Origin: Candidatus Odinarchaeota archaeon
GTDB lineage: Archaea; Asgardarchaeota; Odinarchaeia; Odinarchaeales; Odinarchaeaceae
Direction: 5' to 3'
DNA: 18,433 nt
Assembly: GCA_038826135.1 (NCBI GenBank)
Contig: JAWBON010000022.1
Location: 1-18,433 of the forward strand
The notes under the pieces were generated by a model that was not told the DNA's origin, did no database searches, and saw only the letters and a program-made list of their open reading frames with translations. Shown one piece after another: positions 1-8,094 of this stretch (position 1 is its first letter; every line of letters begins with the position of its first letter). The position numbers and the translations under genes were made by a program.

Positions 1-837
1 CTGAAAAAAGTTTTTAAAATATATCTTCGGAGGTGAAAAATGCAGTTTAAAGATTGAATTAAAATATTTATAGTAGTTTTTAACTGTAAAATTAAACTTT
101 GAATTATTATAGGCTGCTAAATCATCTAAAAAAACAGTTCTTAAAATTTTTTTAAAAAAAGGTATAGTATCTTTTGCTTTTACACTTCGGCCAGTAATGT
201 AAAAATAACAGTTAATCAGAGACCACTTAACAGCCTCATACAAGTATCTCCAAACCCGTTTAAAACAGTTAACAATCGTAAAAACCAGGTATAAGAGACT
301 GCATAACTTAAATGATTTAACGATTTGAAAGAAGTCTAAAGGTTTTTTAAGATTTTTAAGATCGTATTCTTTACCGTAAACTATCTTGTAATTTGAGAAA
401 ACCGAGTTTAAAACAAGCCTCTCCGGAACTAAAAGTCTAGATAGAAAACGGTTAACGTTAAAAATTCTTGGAAAACAAGCTGATAAAAGATCTTTTTCAG
501 AGCATATGAAAAACGATTTAAACATACCGGTCCCTGTCTCGAAAAAATAAAGTAAACGATCGATAAAACCAGAAAAACCTGAATTAAAGAAAAAGTTTTG
601 AACACCAGTCATAGCCGCAGTGATACTTTTCCGCTGCCTAGCATTCACAGACCCGTCTACAATTATTAAAACATCAATATCACTCAACTGATTCATTACA
701 CCGCCTTTAACAGCGGAGCCGAAAAGAATTATTGAAACAGGGAGAAAACCAAGCTTTACCTTAACAGTTTTCAGAACTAGATCCAAGTATTTTTTAATAT
801 GATTTTGAACACTAAAACTTTGAGGAGAAGACCCCAT
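1..837 (-). CDS. Nucleotidyltransferase domain protein (Pol-beta/MNT-like N-terminal domain plus helical C-terminal region); 3' end outside window
   Basis: Hand translation of the minus strand from ATG at 837 is open for 279 codons to base 1: MGSSPQSFSVQNHIKKYLDLVLKTVKVKLGFLPVSIILFGSAVKGGVMNQLSDIDVLIIVDG... It carries the hG[S]-x11-D-h-D nucleotidyltransferase signature (G40-S41, D53-I-D55). An AGGAG Shine-Dalgarno lies at 849-845. Not in the supplied ORF track. Confidence 0.85.
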   Translation of the reverse strand, partial: MGSSPQSFSVQNHIKKYLDLVLKTVKVKLGFLPVSIILFGSAVKGGVMNQLSDIDVLIIVDGSVNARQRKSITAAMTGVQNFFFNSGFSGFIDRLLYFFETGTGMFKSFFICSEKDLLSACFPRIFNVNRFLSRLLVPERLVLNSVFSNYKIVYGKEYDLKNLKKPLDFFQIVKSFKLCSLLYLVFTIVNCFKRVWRYLYEAVKWSLINCYFYITGRSVKAKDTIPFFKKILRTVFLDDLAAYNNSKFNFTVKNYYKYFNSIFKLHFSPPKIYFKNFFQ

Positions 838-1016
838 ATTATAGCTCCTAATTAACGGTGGGATACTAGTATTTATTAGTTTAACATTATAAAAAATTTA
901 ATCACCCGCATTTATAGCTTTTAAATCTTCTAAAAATTTCATGTATAGTTTAAAAAATAGAATGTCTTTAAAGAGTTTTGAGAAATAAGCTAATATTATA
1001 AGCGGTGAGAGCCCGG
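838..1016. promoter_or_regulatory. AT-rich divergent intergenic region with candidate archaeal TATA boxes
   Basis: Lies between two divergent starts. Candidate TATA-like hexa/octamers: TTTATAAT on minus (893-886), and TTTATA (911-916) and TTTAAAAA (949-956) on plus. SD-like GGTGA at 1004-1008. The region is AT-rich, so individual boxes are uncertain. Confidence 0.4.
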
Positions 1017-3194
1017 ATGAGTCTTAGAGCGCTTGAAGTAGCAGGGGTTGATGCGAGACTTATAAGAAGACTTATTGAGATAGGGGTTGAGGGTTTAACA
1101 GATATTCAAGAGCTAGCTGTAAAGAAAGGATTATTCCGGAGAAAAAACATTTTCATATGCGCTCCCGCTTCATCAGGTAAAACGCTTTTAAGCTATATAA
1201 CCGTGCTGGCGATGGCTTTAAGAGAGCCTAAGTCTAAGGCGGTTATCCTGCTGCCGTTAAGAAGCCAAGCTGATGAGGTAAACATGTATTTGAACAGGGT
1301 TTACGCTGTTTTAGGTTTAAATATTATAAGACTTTCAGATAAATCTCAAGCCAGGCTGGCTGACTCTAATATTATTATTGGAACATTTAAAGAAATGGAT
1401 GAAGCACTACTAGTAAATTACAGCTGGCTATCGGATCTTTCACTAATAGTGGTGGATGAATTCCAGCTGCTCGGACAGCATGAGAAAGGCGGGTTGCTTG
1501 AAAACCTGATTCTAATATTAATTGAAAGATTCAAAGAAACCCAGTTTATCTATTTATCTGATATTATCGGAAACGCTTTTGAAATATCAGAGTGGCTGGG
1601 TGCTGAACTAGCTCAGACATACTCGCATTTAATACCAGTCCGTTACAGTATCCTGCTAGATAAGAAAGATAATAGCGTTCTTTATAGTATAGTGGAGGAG
1701 ACTGTTAAAACAAACGGTCAAATAATAGTATTCACTGAAAACCTGGAACAGGTTATAGAATTATGCGGAGAATTTAAAAAACATTTTAAAAGTTTAATCG
1801 GTGAAGGCCAGGTTAATGAAGTTAAAATTAAACTAGATATTCTCAGAGAGAGAGGTGAGAACACTTATACTAGAGAGTATTTAAGTTATTTTCTAAAATA
1901 CGGGATAGGTTTTCACACTCCGGGTTTATCACCGCTTGAAAAACTGATAGTTGAAGAATTATTCAACTCTAAGATATTGAAAGTTGTTGTGTCCACACCG
2001 GAGATAGGGGCGGCTGTAAACATGCACCCCCGTGTGATCGTGTTTAAAAACACTCAATACAAAACTGGTTTAGAAAACAGGGAGCCGGCTGAACCTAGAT
2101 TTTTAAACCCTAATATCATCCACAACATATTCGGTAGAGCCGGAAACTATAAGTATGATAAAGAAGCCTATGGGATAATATTAGTTTACGATGAAAAAAT
2201 AAAAGAATTTGTTGAAAAACGTTTCTTCAAGAAAAATATCAGAGGCGAGCTTCTTCCAAGATATGATTATTTGAAAAGCATGCTATTAAACAATAATTAT
2301 ATAGAATACATGCTCACTTATTTAGCAACTCAATATGATAAGATGGGGAAATCGCAGTTAACAGAGCTTTTTGAAAAATCGTTATATTATCGGCAGGCTA
2401 GCTTAGATGAGAAAAAGAGAGTGAGTGAATATTTTAATATCATAGAGGCGGATAAAGCAGTTCGTAATAGAACAGATTATTCTACAAGAATGAATGCTAT
2501 GAAAACAAGTTTCAGCATGCTATCAGATATTAATTGTGATGAAAACAGAGTAGAGGCTTCGATCATAAGCCCTACAAGTCTTAGAAAACATAAATTATAC
2601 ATTTTTGGAAACGGTTATATGAGTTGCGACTGCGAGTATTGGAGGTTTAAAGCCTCCCGGGAGGGAAAACTCTGTAAGCATTTAGCAGCACTGATATTAA
2701 TAGCGGGAGAGGGCAAAATCTCCAGGCAAGCCTCCGATATAGTTTTAAAAGCGTTGAATCCACGCAGCCTAATATTAGATCTAGCATTAAAAAATTATAT
2801 AAGAATAAGCGAGGATGCGATTACGCCAACAGATAAAGGTAGACTCTGCGCTTATACAAGCATACCCCCGTCACTTTTAACCTCACTAATAACAATATTA
2901 GAGAGTAAAATAGATGATAAAACCAAGTTTCTTAAATGTTTAATAGAGGTTATCAGAAACAGTCTGGTTGAACTACCATACTCGTCTTCTAAAAGCCAGA
3001 GTGCATTAGAATATTTAACAGGGGTGATTGAAGAAAACCCGGCTGGTTTTGAACCCGGGGATTTTAAAAAACTTTTAAACTATATTGAATGGGTTTTCAA
3101 CTCGCTTACAATGATAATAAAATATCTTGGTAAAAAATGGTTAGAAGATGAATTGTTAAAGTTTAAAGAGAAATTGTATGAGCAAACAGGATAA
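1017..3194 (+). CDS. Hel308/Ski2-like SF2 helicase paralogue with degenerate motifs and an inserted SWIM zinc finger
   Basis: Q-motif LTDIQ, Walker A APASSGKT, motif II region VVDEFQ, GIGFHTPGL, GRAG, and a Hel308-like ratchet segment (EPGDF...EW). CxC-x13-CxH at 2625-2681. ATG 1017 preferred over GTG 1005 because GGTGA (1004-1008) sits 8 nt upstream of it. Confidence 0.85.
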   Translation: MSLRALEVAGVDARLIRRLIEIGVEGLTDIQELAVKKGLFRRKNIFICAPASSGKTLLSYITVLAMALREPKSKAVILLPLRSQADEVNMYLNRVYAVLGLNIIRLSDKSQARLADSNIIIGTFKEMDEALLVNYSWLSDLSLIVVDEFQLLGQHEKGGLLENLILILIERFKETQFIYLSDIIGNAFEISEWLGAELAQTYSHLIPVRYSILLDKKDNSVLYSIVEETVKTNGQIIVFTENLEQVIELCGEFKKHFKSLIGEGQVNEVKIKLDILRERGENTYTREYLSYFLKYGIGFHTPGLSPLEKLIVEELFNSKILKVVVSTPEIGAAVNMHPRVIVFKNTQYKTGLENREPAEPRFLNPNIIHNIFGRAGNYKYDKEAYGIILVYDEKIKEFVEKRFFKKNIRGELLPRYDYLKSMLLNNNYIEYMLTYLATQYDKMGKSQLTELFEKSLYYRQASLDEKKRVSEYFNIIEADKAVRNRTDYSTRMNAMKTSFSMLSDINCDENRVEASIISPTSLRKHKLYIFGNGYMSCDCEYWRFKASREGKLCKHLAALILIAGEGKISRQASDIVLKALNPRSLILDLALKNYIRISEDAITPTDKGRLCAYTSIPPSLLTSLITILESKIDDKTKFLKCLIEVIRNSLVELPYSSSKSQSALEYLTGVIEENPAGFEPGDFKKLLNYIEWVFNSLTMIIKYLGKKWLEDELLKFKEKLYEQTG

Positions 3195-3268
3195 AAATAA
3201 TAGTCACGGTTTAAAATTATTAAATCTACCGATGAAGTTAAAAACTTGTGAGACATTAGTAGAGAATT

Positions 3269-5218
3269 ATGCCTTTAAACTTAACTTATAAGATACTTAA
3301 AGATCATTTAGTTGAAGGGGAGCTTGTTAAAGGTGAAGAGATAGGTGTGAGAATAGATCGAACATTAACACAGGATGCCACAGGCACATTAACCTATCTT
3401 CAATTCGAAGCATTAGGTTTAGATAAAGTTCGAACAGAATTATCTGTCAGCTATGTGGATCATAACACTCTTCAAACAGATTACATGAATGCTGACGACC
3501 ATAAATATTTGCAGACTGTAGCTGCAAAGTATGGCATATATTTCTCTAAACCAGGTAACGGTATATGCCATCAAGTTAATCTGGAACGGTTTAGTAAACC
3601 GGGTAGAATCCTTTTAGGCTCTGATTCTCACACTCCAACATGCGGCGGTGTTGGAATGCTTGGGATAGGGGCTGGAGGCTTAGATGTAGCTGTAGCTATG
3701 GGAGGAGGTTTATTTTATTTTAACACCCCCGCTGTTCTAGGCGTTGAGCTGACGGGTAGGAGAAAACCATGGGTTTCAGCGAAGGATGTTATATTAGAGG
3801 TTTTAAGAAGGCTTACAGTTAAAGGTGGCGTGGGGAAAATAATAGAGTATTACGGGGAGGGTGTTAAAGATTTAGATGTGTATGAGAGAGCGACTATTAC
3901 AAACATGGGTGCGGAGACAGGGGCGATAAGCTCGATATTCCCCTCAGACGAGATTACAGGAGAATTCTTCCAGCTTCAGAGAAGACCTCAAGACTGGGTT
4001 AAACTTGAAGCTGACGAGGGGTGCGAGTACGATGAGTATATGAGAATAAATTTAGCTGAATTAGAACCTATGATCGCGATACCTCATAGTCCGGGAAACG
4101 TTAAAAAAATAAGCGAGGTTGAAGGGTTGCCTGTCGACCAGGTTGCAGTCGGCAGCTGTACAAATTCATCTCTGAAAGATCTTATGATAATTGCAGCGAT
4201 ACTTAGAGGTAAAACCGTGCATCCTGATGTTAGCTTAACTATTTCACCTGGTTCTAAGCAAATCCTTGAGGAAATAGCTAGAAACGGTGTACTAGCTGAT
4301 TTAATAGCTTCAGGGGCTAGAATACTTGAAACAGCTTGCGGTCCCTGCATCGGCATGGGGCAGGCTCCAAGAACTGGCGGTGTTTCTCTGAGAACGTTTA
4401 ACAGGAATTTTAAAGGTAGAAGCGGAACAGAGGATGCTCAGGTATTTTTAGCAAGCCCGGAGGCGGCTGCAGCTGCAGCTTTACATGGGAGGATAACAGA
4501 TCCTAGGAGGCTGGGAAGCTACCCATCCGTGAAGCTTCCGAAGGAAATTAATGTAAACGATAATTTGATAATAAAACCTCCTAAAGACTCTTCTAAAGTA
4601 GAGGTGGTAAGAGGGCCTAACATAAAGCCTATACCAGCTAATACGCCTCTGCCGGAGAATATAATTTTAGAAATTATACTTAAAGTCCGCGATAATATAT
4701 CTACAGATGAGATACTGCCTGCGGGTGTGAAAGTCTTGCCGTTAAGAAGCAATATACCGGCTATAAGCGAATACTTGTTTAAACCAATAGATCCCACGTT
4801 TATAGACCGGGTGAAAAAGAAGAAGGGAGGGGTGATATTAGCGGGTGAAAATTACGGTCAAGGTTCCAGTCGTGAACATGCAGCGATAGTGCCGATGTAT
4901 CTTGGAGTTAAAGTGATCATAGCTAAATCATACGCGCGAATACATAGAGCGAACTTGATAAATTTCGGTGTACTACCGTTACAGTTAACCGATCCATCAG
5001 ATTATAATAAAATAGATCAGGGAGATATATTGAATATTAAGAATATAAGAAAGCTGCTTGAAGACGGCAAGCAGACAGTGGATGTTTTAAACACTAGTAA
5101 ACGGTTAATATTCAAAACAAAACATGATTTAACACCCAGACAGGTGAAGATAATATTAGCAGGCGGGCTTTTAAACTATGTAAGAGAAGCCAACATATCC
5201 AGGTCTGGAAATAGGTGA
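3269..5218 (+). CDS. acn: Single-chain aconitate hydratase-family protein (short Aquifex/archaeal-type, C-terminal swivel domain)
   Basis: 649 aa. Motifs TQDATG, DHN, PGNGICHQV, GSDSHT, three [4Fe-4S] cysteines (GSCTN; ACGPC), NRNFKGR, and swivel-domain GENYGQGSSREHAA. Confidence 0.9.
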   Translation: MPLNLTYKILKDHLVEGELVKGEEIGVRIDRTLTQDATGTLTYLQFEALGLDKVRTELSVSYVDHNTLQTDYMNADDHKYLQTVAAKYGIYFSKPGNGICHQVNLERFSKPGRILLGSDSHTPTCGGVGMLGIGAGGLDVAVAMGGGLFYFNTPAVLGVELTGRRKPWVSAKDVILEVLRRLTVKGGVGKIIEYYGEGVKDLDVYERATITNMGAETGAISSIFPSDEITGEFFQLQRRPQDWVKLEADEGCEYDEYMRINLAELEPMIAIPHSPGNVKKISEVEGLPVDQVAVGSCTNSSLKDLMIIAAILRGKTVHPDVSLTISPGSKQILEEIARNGVLADLIASGARILETACGPCIGMGQAPRTGGVSLRTFNRNFKGRSGTEDAQVFLASPEAAAAAALHGRITDPRRLGSYPSVKLPKEINVNDNLIIKPPKDSSKVEVVRGPNIKPIPANTPLPENIILEIILKVRDNISTDEILPAGVKVLPLRSNIPAISEYLFKPIDPTFIDRVKKKKGGVILAGENYGQGSSREHAAIVPMYLGVKVIIAKSYARIHRANLINFGVLPLQLTDPSDYNKIDQGDILNIKNIRKLLEDGKQTVDVLNTSKRLIFKTKHDLTPRQVKIILAGGLLNYVREANISRSGNR

Positions 5219-5240
5219 TTACACTCGTATTTTATTAAAG

Positions 5241-5921
5241 CTATAATTGCAGCCTGTTGCATTTACTTATCCTTATAGCAAAGTTTTCTAACAGTTCATA
5301 TCCGTATTCTGTCTGAGAGACTTCAGGGTGGAATTGAACACCCCAGATTCGATTATGAATATTAAAAGCTTCTACACTGCAGTTAAGGCTGTGCGCTATT
5401 GTTTGACCACCTAAGGGAAGCTTTTCCACCTCGTCGGTGTGAGAGGCCCAAACTTGTAGTTTACTGGGAATATTATAGAATAACGGGTCTTTAGGTTCAT
5501 CTATTATCAGTTCAGCTAAACCGTATTCGCTTTTACTCCCTCTTTTAACGTAGCCATCAAGTTGGTGTGCGATCAATTGGTGACCGTAGCAGATGCCGAG
5601 TATTTTAAGCTTGGAGCTTCTTAAAATGTTTAAGTCACATATTGGAGCGTTCTTCTCGTATACAGAGTTAGGACCGCCGCCGAGAATCACACCTTTAACG
5701 TGGAAGTCAAGCAGCTGCCGGTATGTTGCAGTGTAAGGCAGTATTTCCACGTTTATATCAAGTTCTTCAAGCATTCTTTTTATAAGATGCGTGTACTGGC
5801 CGCCGAAGTCAAGTATCACGATATCTATGTTTTCACGGTCATAGACGTGTTTGTCCATTATCGTAGAGATTTTAGCTTTATCAATTTTTTCAATCATTGT
5901 TTGAGAAGAGTCTTGAAACAT
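5241..5921 (-). CDS. guaA: GMP synthase, glutamine amidotransferase subunit (archaeal split GuaA subunit A)
   Basis: ILDFGGQY, GGGPNSVY, catalytic GICYGHQ, SH-x-D and QFHPEV. ATG 5921 chosen because AGGTGG lies 5 nt upstream; the ORF track starts at GTG 5930. Confidence 0.9.
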   Translation of the reverse strand: MFQDSSQTMIEKIDKAKISTIMDKHVYDRENIDIVILDFGGQYTHLIKRMLEELDINVEILPYTATYRQLLDFHVKGVILGGGPNSVYEKNAPICDLNILRSSKLKILGICYGHQLIAHQLDGYVKRGSKSEYGLAELIIDEPKDPLFYNIPSKLQVWASHTDEVEKLPLGGQTIAHSLNCSVEAFNIHNRIWGVQFHPEVSQTEYGYELLENFAIRISKCNRLQL

Positions 5922-5930
5922 TAAAACCAC

Positions 5931-7016
5931 CTATGTTACCAGCTCCCTTATTCTATTCTGCTTGCATCCTTCGCGAATCTCTCTTGCGATACGCCTGCCC
6001 ATATACATGGGTTCACTGAATTGAAGATATGTATATGGGGAGTAACCTATCGCCACATTGCAGCCGGCTACAATCCTACATGATACTTCGAAAACTATTA
6101 ATTTAAGACTCTCTGTGCAAATTGTCTCTAAACAGAATGGGCCTATTAAACCTGGTGGGGCGATTCGGCGGGAGGCTTCTAAAACTTTTTCACCTAACTC
6201 GTAAACCTGTGAGAGAAGCGATTCCCGGAGAAGCACCATGAAGTTACCTATCACCGTGTAGGTTGCTTCTATTTTAGCTTCAATCTGGTCTGAGGCTGGT
6301 ATTCTTGAAAGACCGTCTACATTAGACTCGTATCTTCTATCCGCTCCGAGAAATTCAAGCCGGTTATTTAGCGGGGAGTAGAAATAGTGCAGGTAAACAG
6401 GTGCACCTAGAATATATTCTTGTATTTGAGGCTCTTTAAGATCTTCCTCGGATATGTGACCTTTACTAAGCATTTCCTTAGCCTTTCTCTCATATGATTC
6501 AAGGTTGTTTGCTAGAAAGTAGCCTCGACCTCCCTTAGCGCGGGGGAATTTCGTTATTGTAAGTGTGTCTATTTCATCAGGCCGCCTGAATGTTTTAGGA
6601 ACAGGGACACCGGATAGTTTAAGCCATTTATCCTGCATTTCCCGGTGAGACTCCCATGTGAGTAACGCCCTGTTTCCGAAAATAGGAAGCTGAAAAGACT
6701 CCTCTATTTTCTCCGAGCCTATATACGCGTTGAAAGAGCCGTGCGGTATTATTATAGAATTCATAGATAACAGCTTCTGTTGAATGCTGTCATCTAATAT
6801 TTGGCTTAAATCATCTAGTAGAATATACTCGTCTACAATTGGAAAATGGTCGTAAACTTTTTTCCTAGCATGCTCGCAAATGCACACGGTTGTAAAACCT
6901 TCTTCTTTAGCGCCTTTAAAAATATTTAGAGCAGAATGGCTTCCAATAGTCGCTATATGTAACTTGCGTGGATCGTATTTTTCAACTGTTTTCTGAACGC
7001 TCTCTCGAAGTATCAT
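5931..7016 (-). CDS. purP: PurP, formate-dependent FAICAR synthetase (ATP-grasp)
   Basis: IATIGSHSAL, PHGSF, KGGRGYF, DRRYESN, GPFCLE, and RIVAG...SPY...MGRRIAREI match the archaeal PurP family. ATG 7016 (361 aa) preferred, downstream of the purM stop and a purine-rich SD-like tract. Confidence 0.92.
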   Translation of the reverse strand: MILRESVQKTVEKYDPRKLHIATIGSHSALNIFKGAKEEGFTTVCICEHARKKVYDHFPIVDEYILLDDLSQILDDSIQQKLLSMNSIIIPHGSFNAYIGSEKIEESFQLPIFGNRALLTWESHREMQDKWLKLSGVPVPKTFRRPDEIDTLTITKFPRAKGGRGYFLANNLESYERKAKEMLSKGHISEEDLKEPQIQEYILGAPVYLHYFYSPLNNRLEFLGADRRYESNVDGLSRIPASDQIEAKIEATYTVIGNFMVLLRESLLSQVYELGEKVLEASRRIAPPGLIGPFCLETICTESLKLIVFEVSCRIVAGCNVAIGYSPYTYLQFSEPMYMGRRIAREIREGCKQNRIRELVT

Positions 7017-7029
7017 ACAGTCCCTTCCT

Positions 7030-8094
7030 TTAATATGAAAGTTCTTCTCCACTAGAAGTTTTTAGTTTAACACCGGGTTCTTTAACGACGCGGCCTAGAA
7101 TAATTGGTTTTAAGCCGTGCGCTCTACATGATTTAATCACTTCAGTTTCATTCTCAGATGGGGTTATAATGCAGAAACCTATACCCATGTTAAACGTCTT
7201 ATACATTTCATAACTGTCCACTCCACCCCACTCTTGGAGACAGGTAAATATTCTAGGAGGCTTAGGCATGTTAAGCTCAAACCCTAGTTTCCCTTTAGTT
7301 ATTCTCATAAGTTTCGTAAACGCTCCACCAGTTATATGAGCTAACCCGGTTACAAGATTATTCTCAACCAGCGGTAAAACCTCTTGAACATATATTCTAG
7401 TAGGGGTTAACAGTATTTCCCCCAAGGTTTTAGAGCCGCTCAACGGCTTTGAATTTAAATCTATTTTTCTCCGTTCAATTATTCTTCTGATCAATGTATA
7501 ACCGTTAGAGTGAAAGCCGCTGCTCGGTAAACCTATCACAATATCACCGGGTTTCACCCTGTCGCCTAGAACTATGTTTTTCGTGGCCAGCACACCGGCG
7601 CGGCGCGCGGCTAAGTGGGAGCCTGAGCCGGGTTTAACCCCTGTTATCACATCAGGCATGATAGCGGTTTCCCCGCCTACTATCGCCGCTCCAGATTTTT
7701 TAGCCCCTTTAACAAGGCCTTTCATTAACTGCTCCGCTAGCAGATGGTTAGATGCCTCTAAGGCTATGTAGTCTACTATAGCCACAGGCTCAGCCCCGCA
7801 GCATACTAGGTCATTTACATTCATAGCGACACAGTCGATGCCTACAGTATCATACTTATCCATTGTTTGAGCTATGAGAACCTTGGTGCCCACACCGTCA
7901 GCGTGTAAGGCGAGAGCTGTTGTCGCGGAGATATTTAGAAGAGCGGCGTAGTGCCCGTACTCGTTTAACAGTTCACCGAACTTATTCCTTCTTAAATTAA
8001 ATGTTGAAGTGATAAGCCTGCCTATCCGTTTATGAGCTTCTTTAGCAAGGTTAATATCAACTCCTGCGCTCTTATAAGTCATCTTAAAGTTCAT
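7030..8094 (-). CDS. purM: Phosphoribosylformylglycinamidine cyclo-ligase (AIR synthetase)
   Basis: TYKSAGVDI, DGVGTK, AMNVNDL, GGETA, SSG-x-HSNG, AHITGG, TFNMGIG. Residues 159-171 deviate from consensus (see findings). Confidence 0.95.
   Translation of the reverse strand: MNFKMTYKSAGVDINLAKEAHKRIGRLITSTFNLRRNKFGELLNEYGHYAALLNISATTALALHADGVGTKVLIAQTMDKYDTVGIDCVAMNVNDLVCCGAEPVAIVDYIALEASNHLLAEQLMKGLVKGAKKSGAAIVGGETAIMPDVITGVKPGSGSHLAARRAGVLATKNIVLGDRVKPGDIVIGLPSSGFHSNGYTLIRRIIERRKIDLNSKPLSGSKTLGEILLTPTRIYVQEVLPLVENNLVTGLAHITGGAFTKLMRITKGKLGFELNMPKPPRIFTCLQEWGGVDSYEMYKTFNMGIGFCIITPSENETEVIKSCRAHGLKPIILGRVVKEPGVKLKTSSGEELSY

Noticed and set aside
29-57. GGAGGTGA followed by the mini-ORF ATG CAG TTT AAA GAT TGA (MQFKD) on plus
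   Set aside because: It is antisense to the nucleotidyltransferase codons (FSPP/LH) and most simply a chance match.
1-1004. Replication origin, ncRNA or repeat array in the apparently ORF-free AT-rich first kilobase (recurring GTTAAC, TTAACAG, GTTTAAAAC)
   Set aside because: 1-837 is an open minus-strand coding frame. The short motifs are irregularly spaced and explained by codon usage. No ORB-like G-string repeats, cdc6 gene or regular spacers.
2641-2664. Perfect 12-bp palindrome CCTCCCGGGAGG and adjacent GGAGG/CCTCC inverted repeat in the SWIM-coding region
   Set aside because: It lies inside a coding sequence, and a few palindromes of this length are expected by chance in 18 kb.
4084-4797. 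Short minus-strand ORFs 4084-4356 and 4519-4797
   Set aside because: Antisense shadows of the aconitase gene with no recognisable motifs.
5219-5240. Terminator between the convergent aconitase and guaA genes
   Set aside because: Only a 4-T run and no hairpin; too weak to call.
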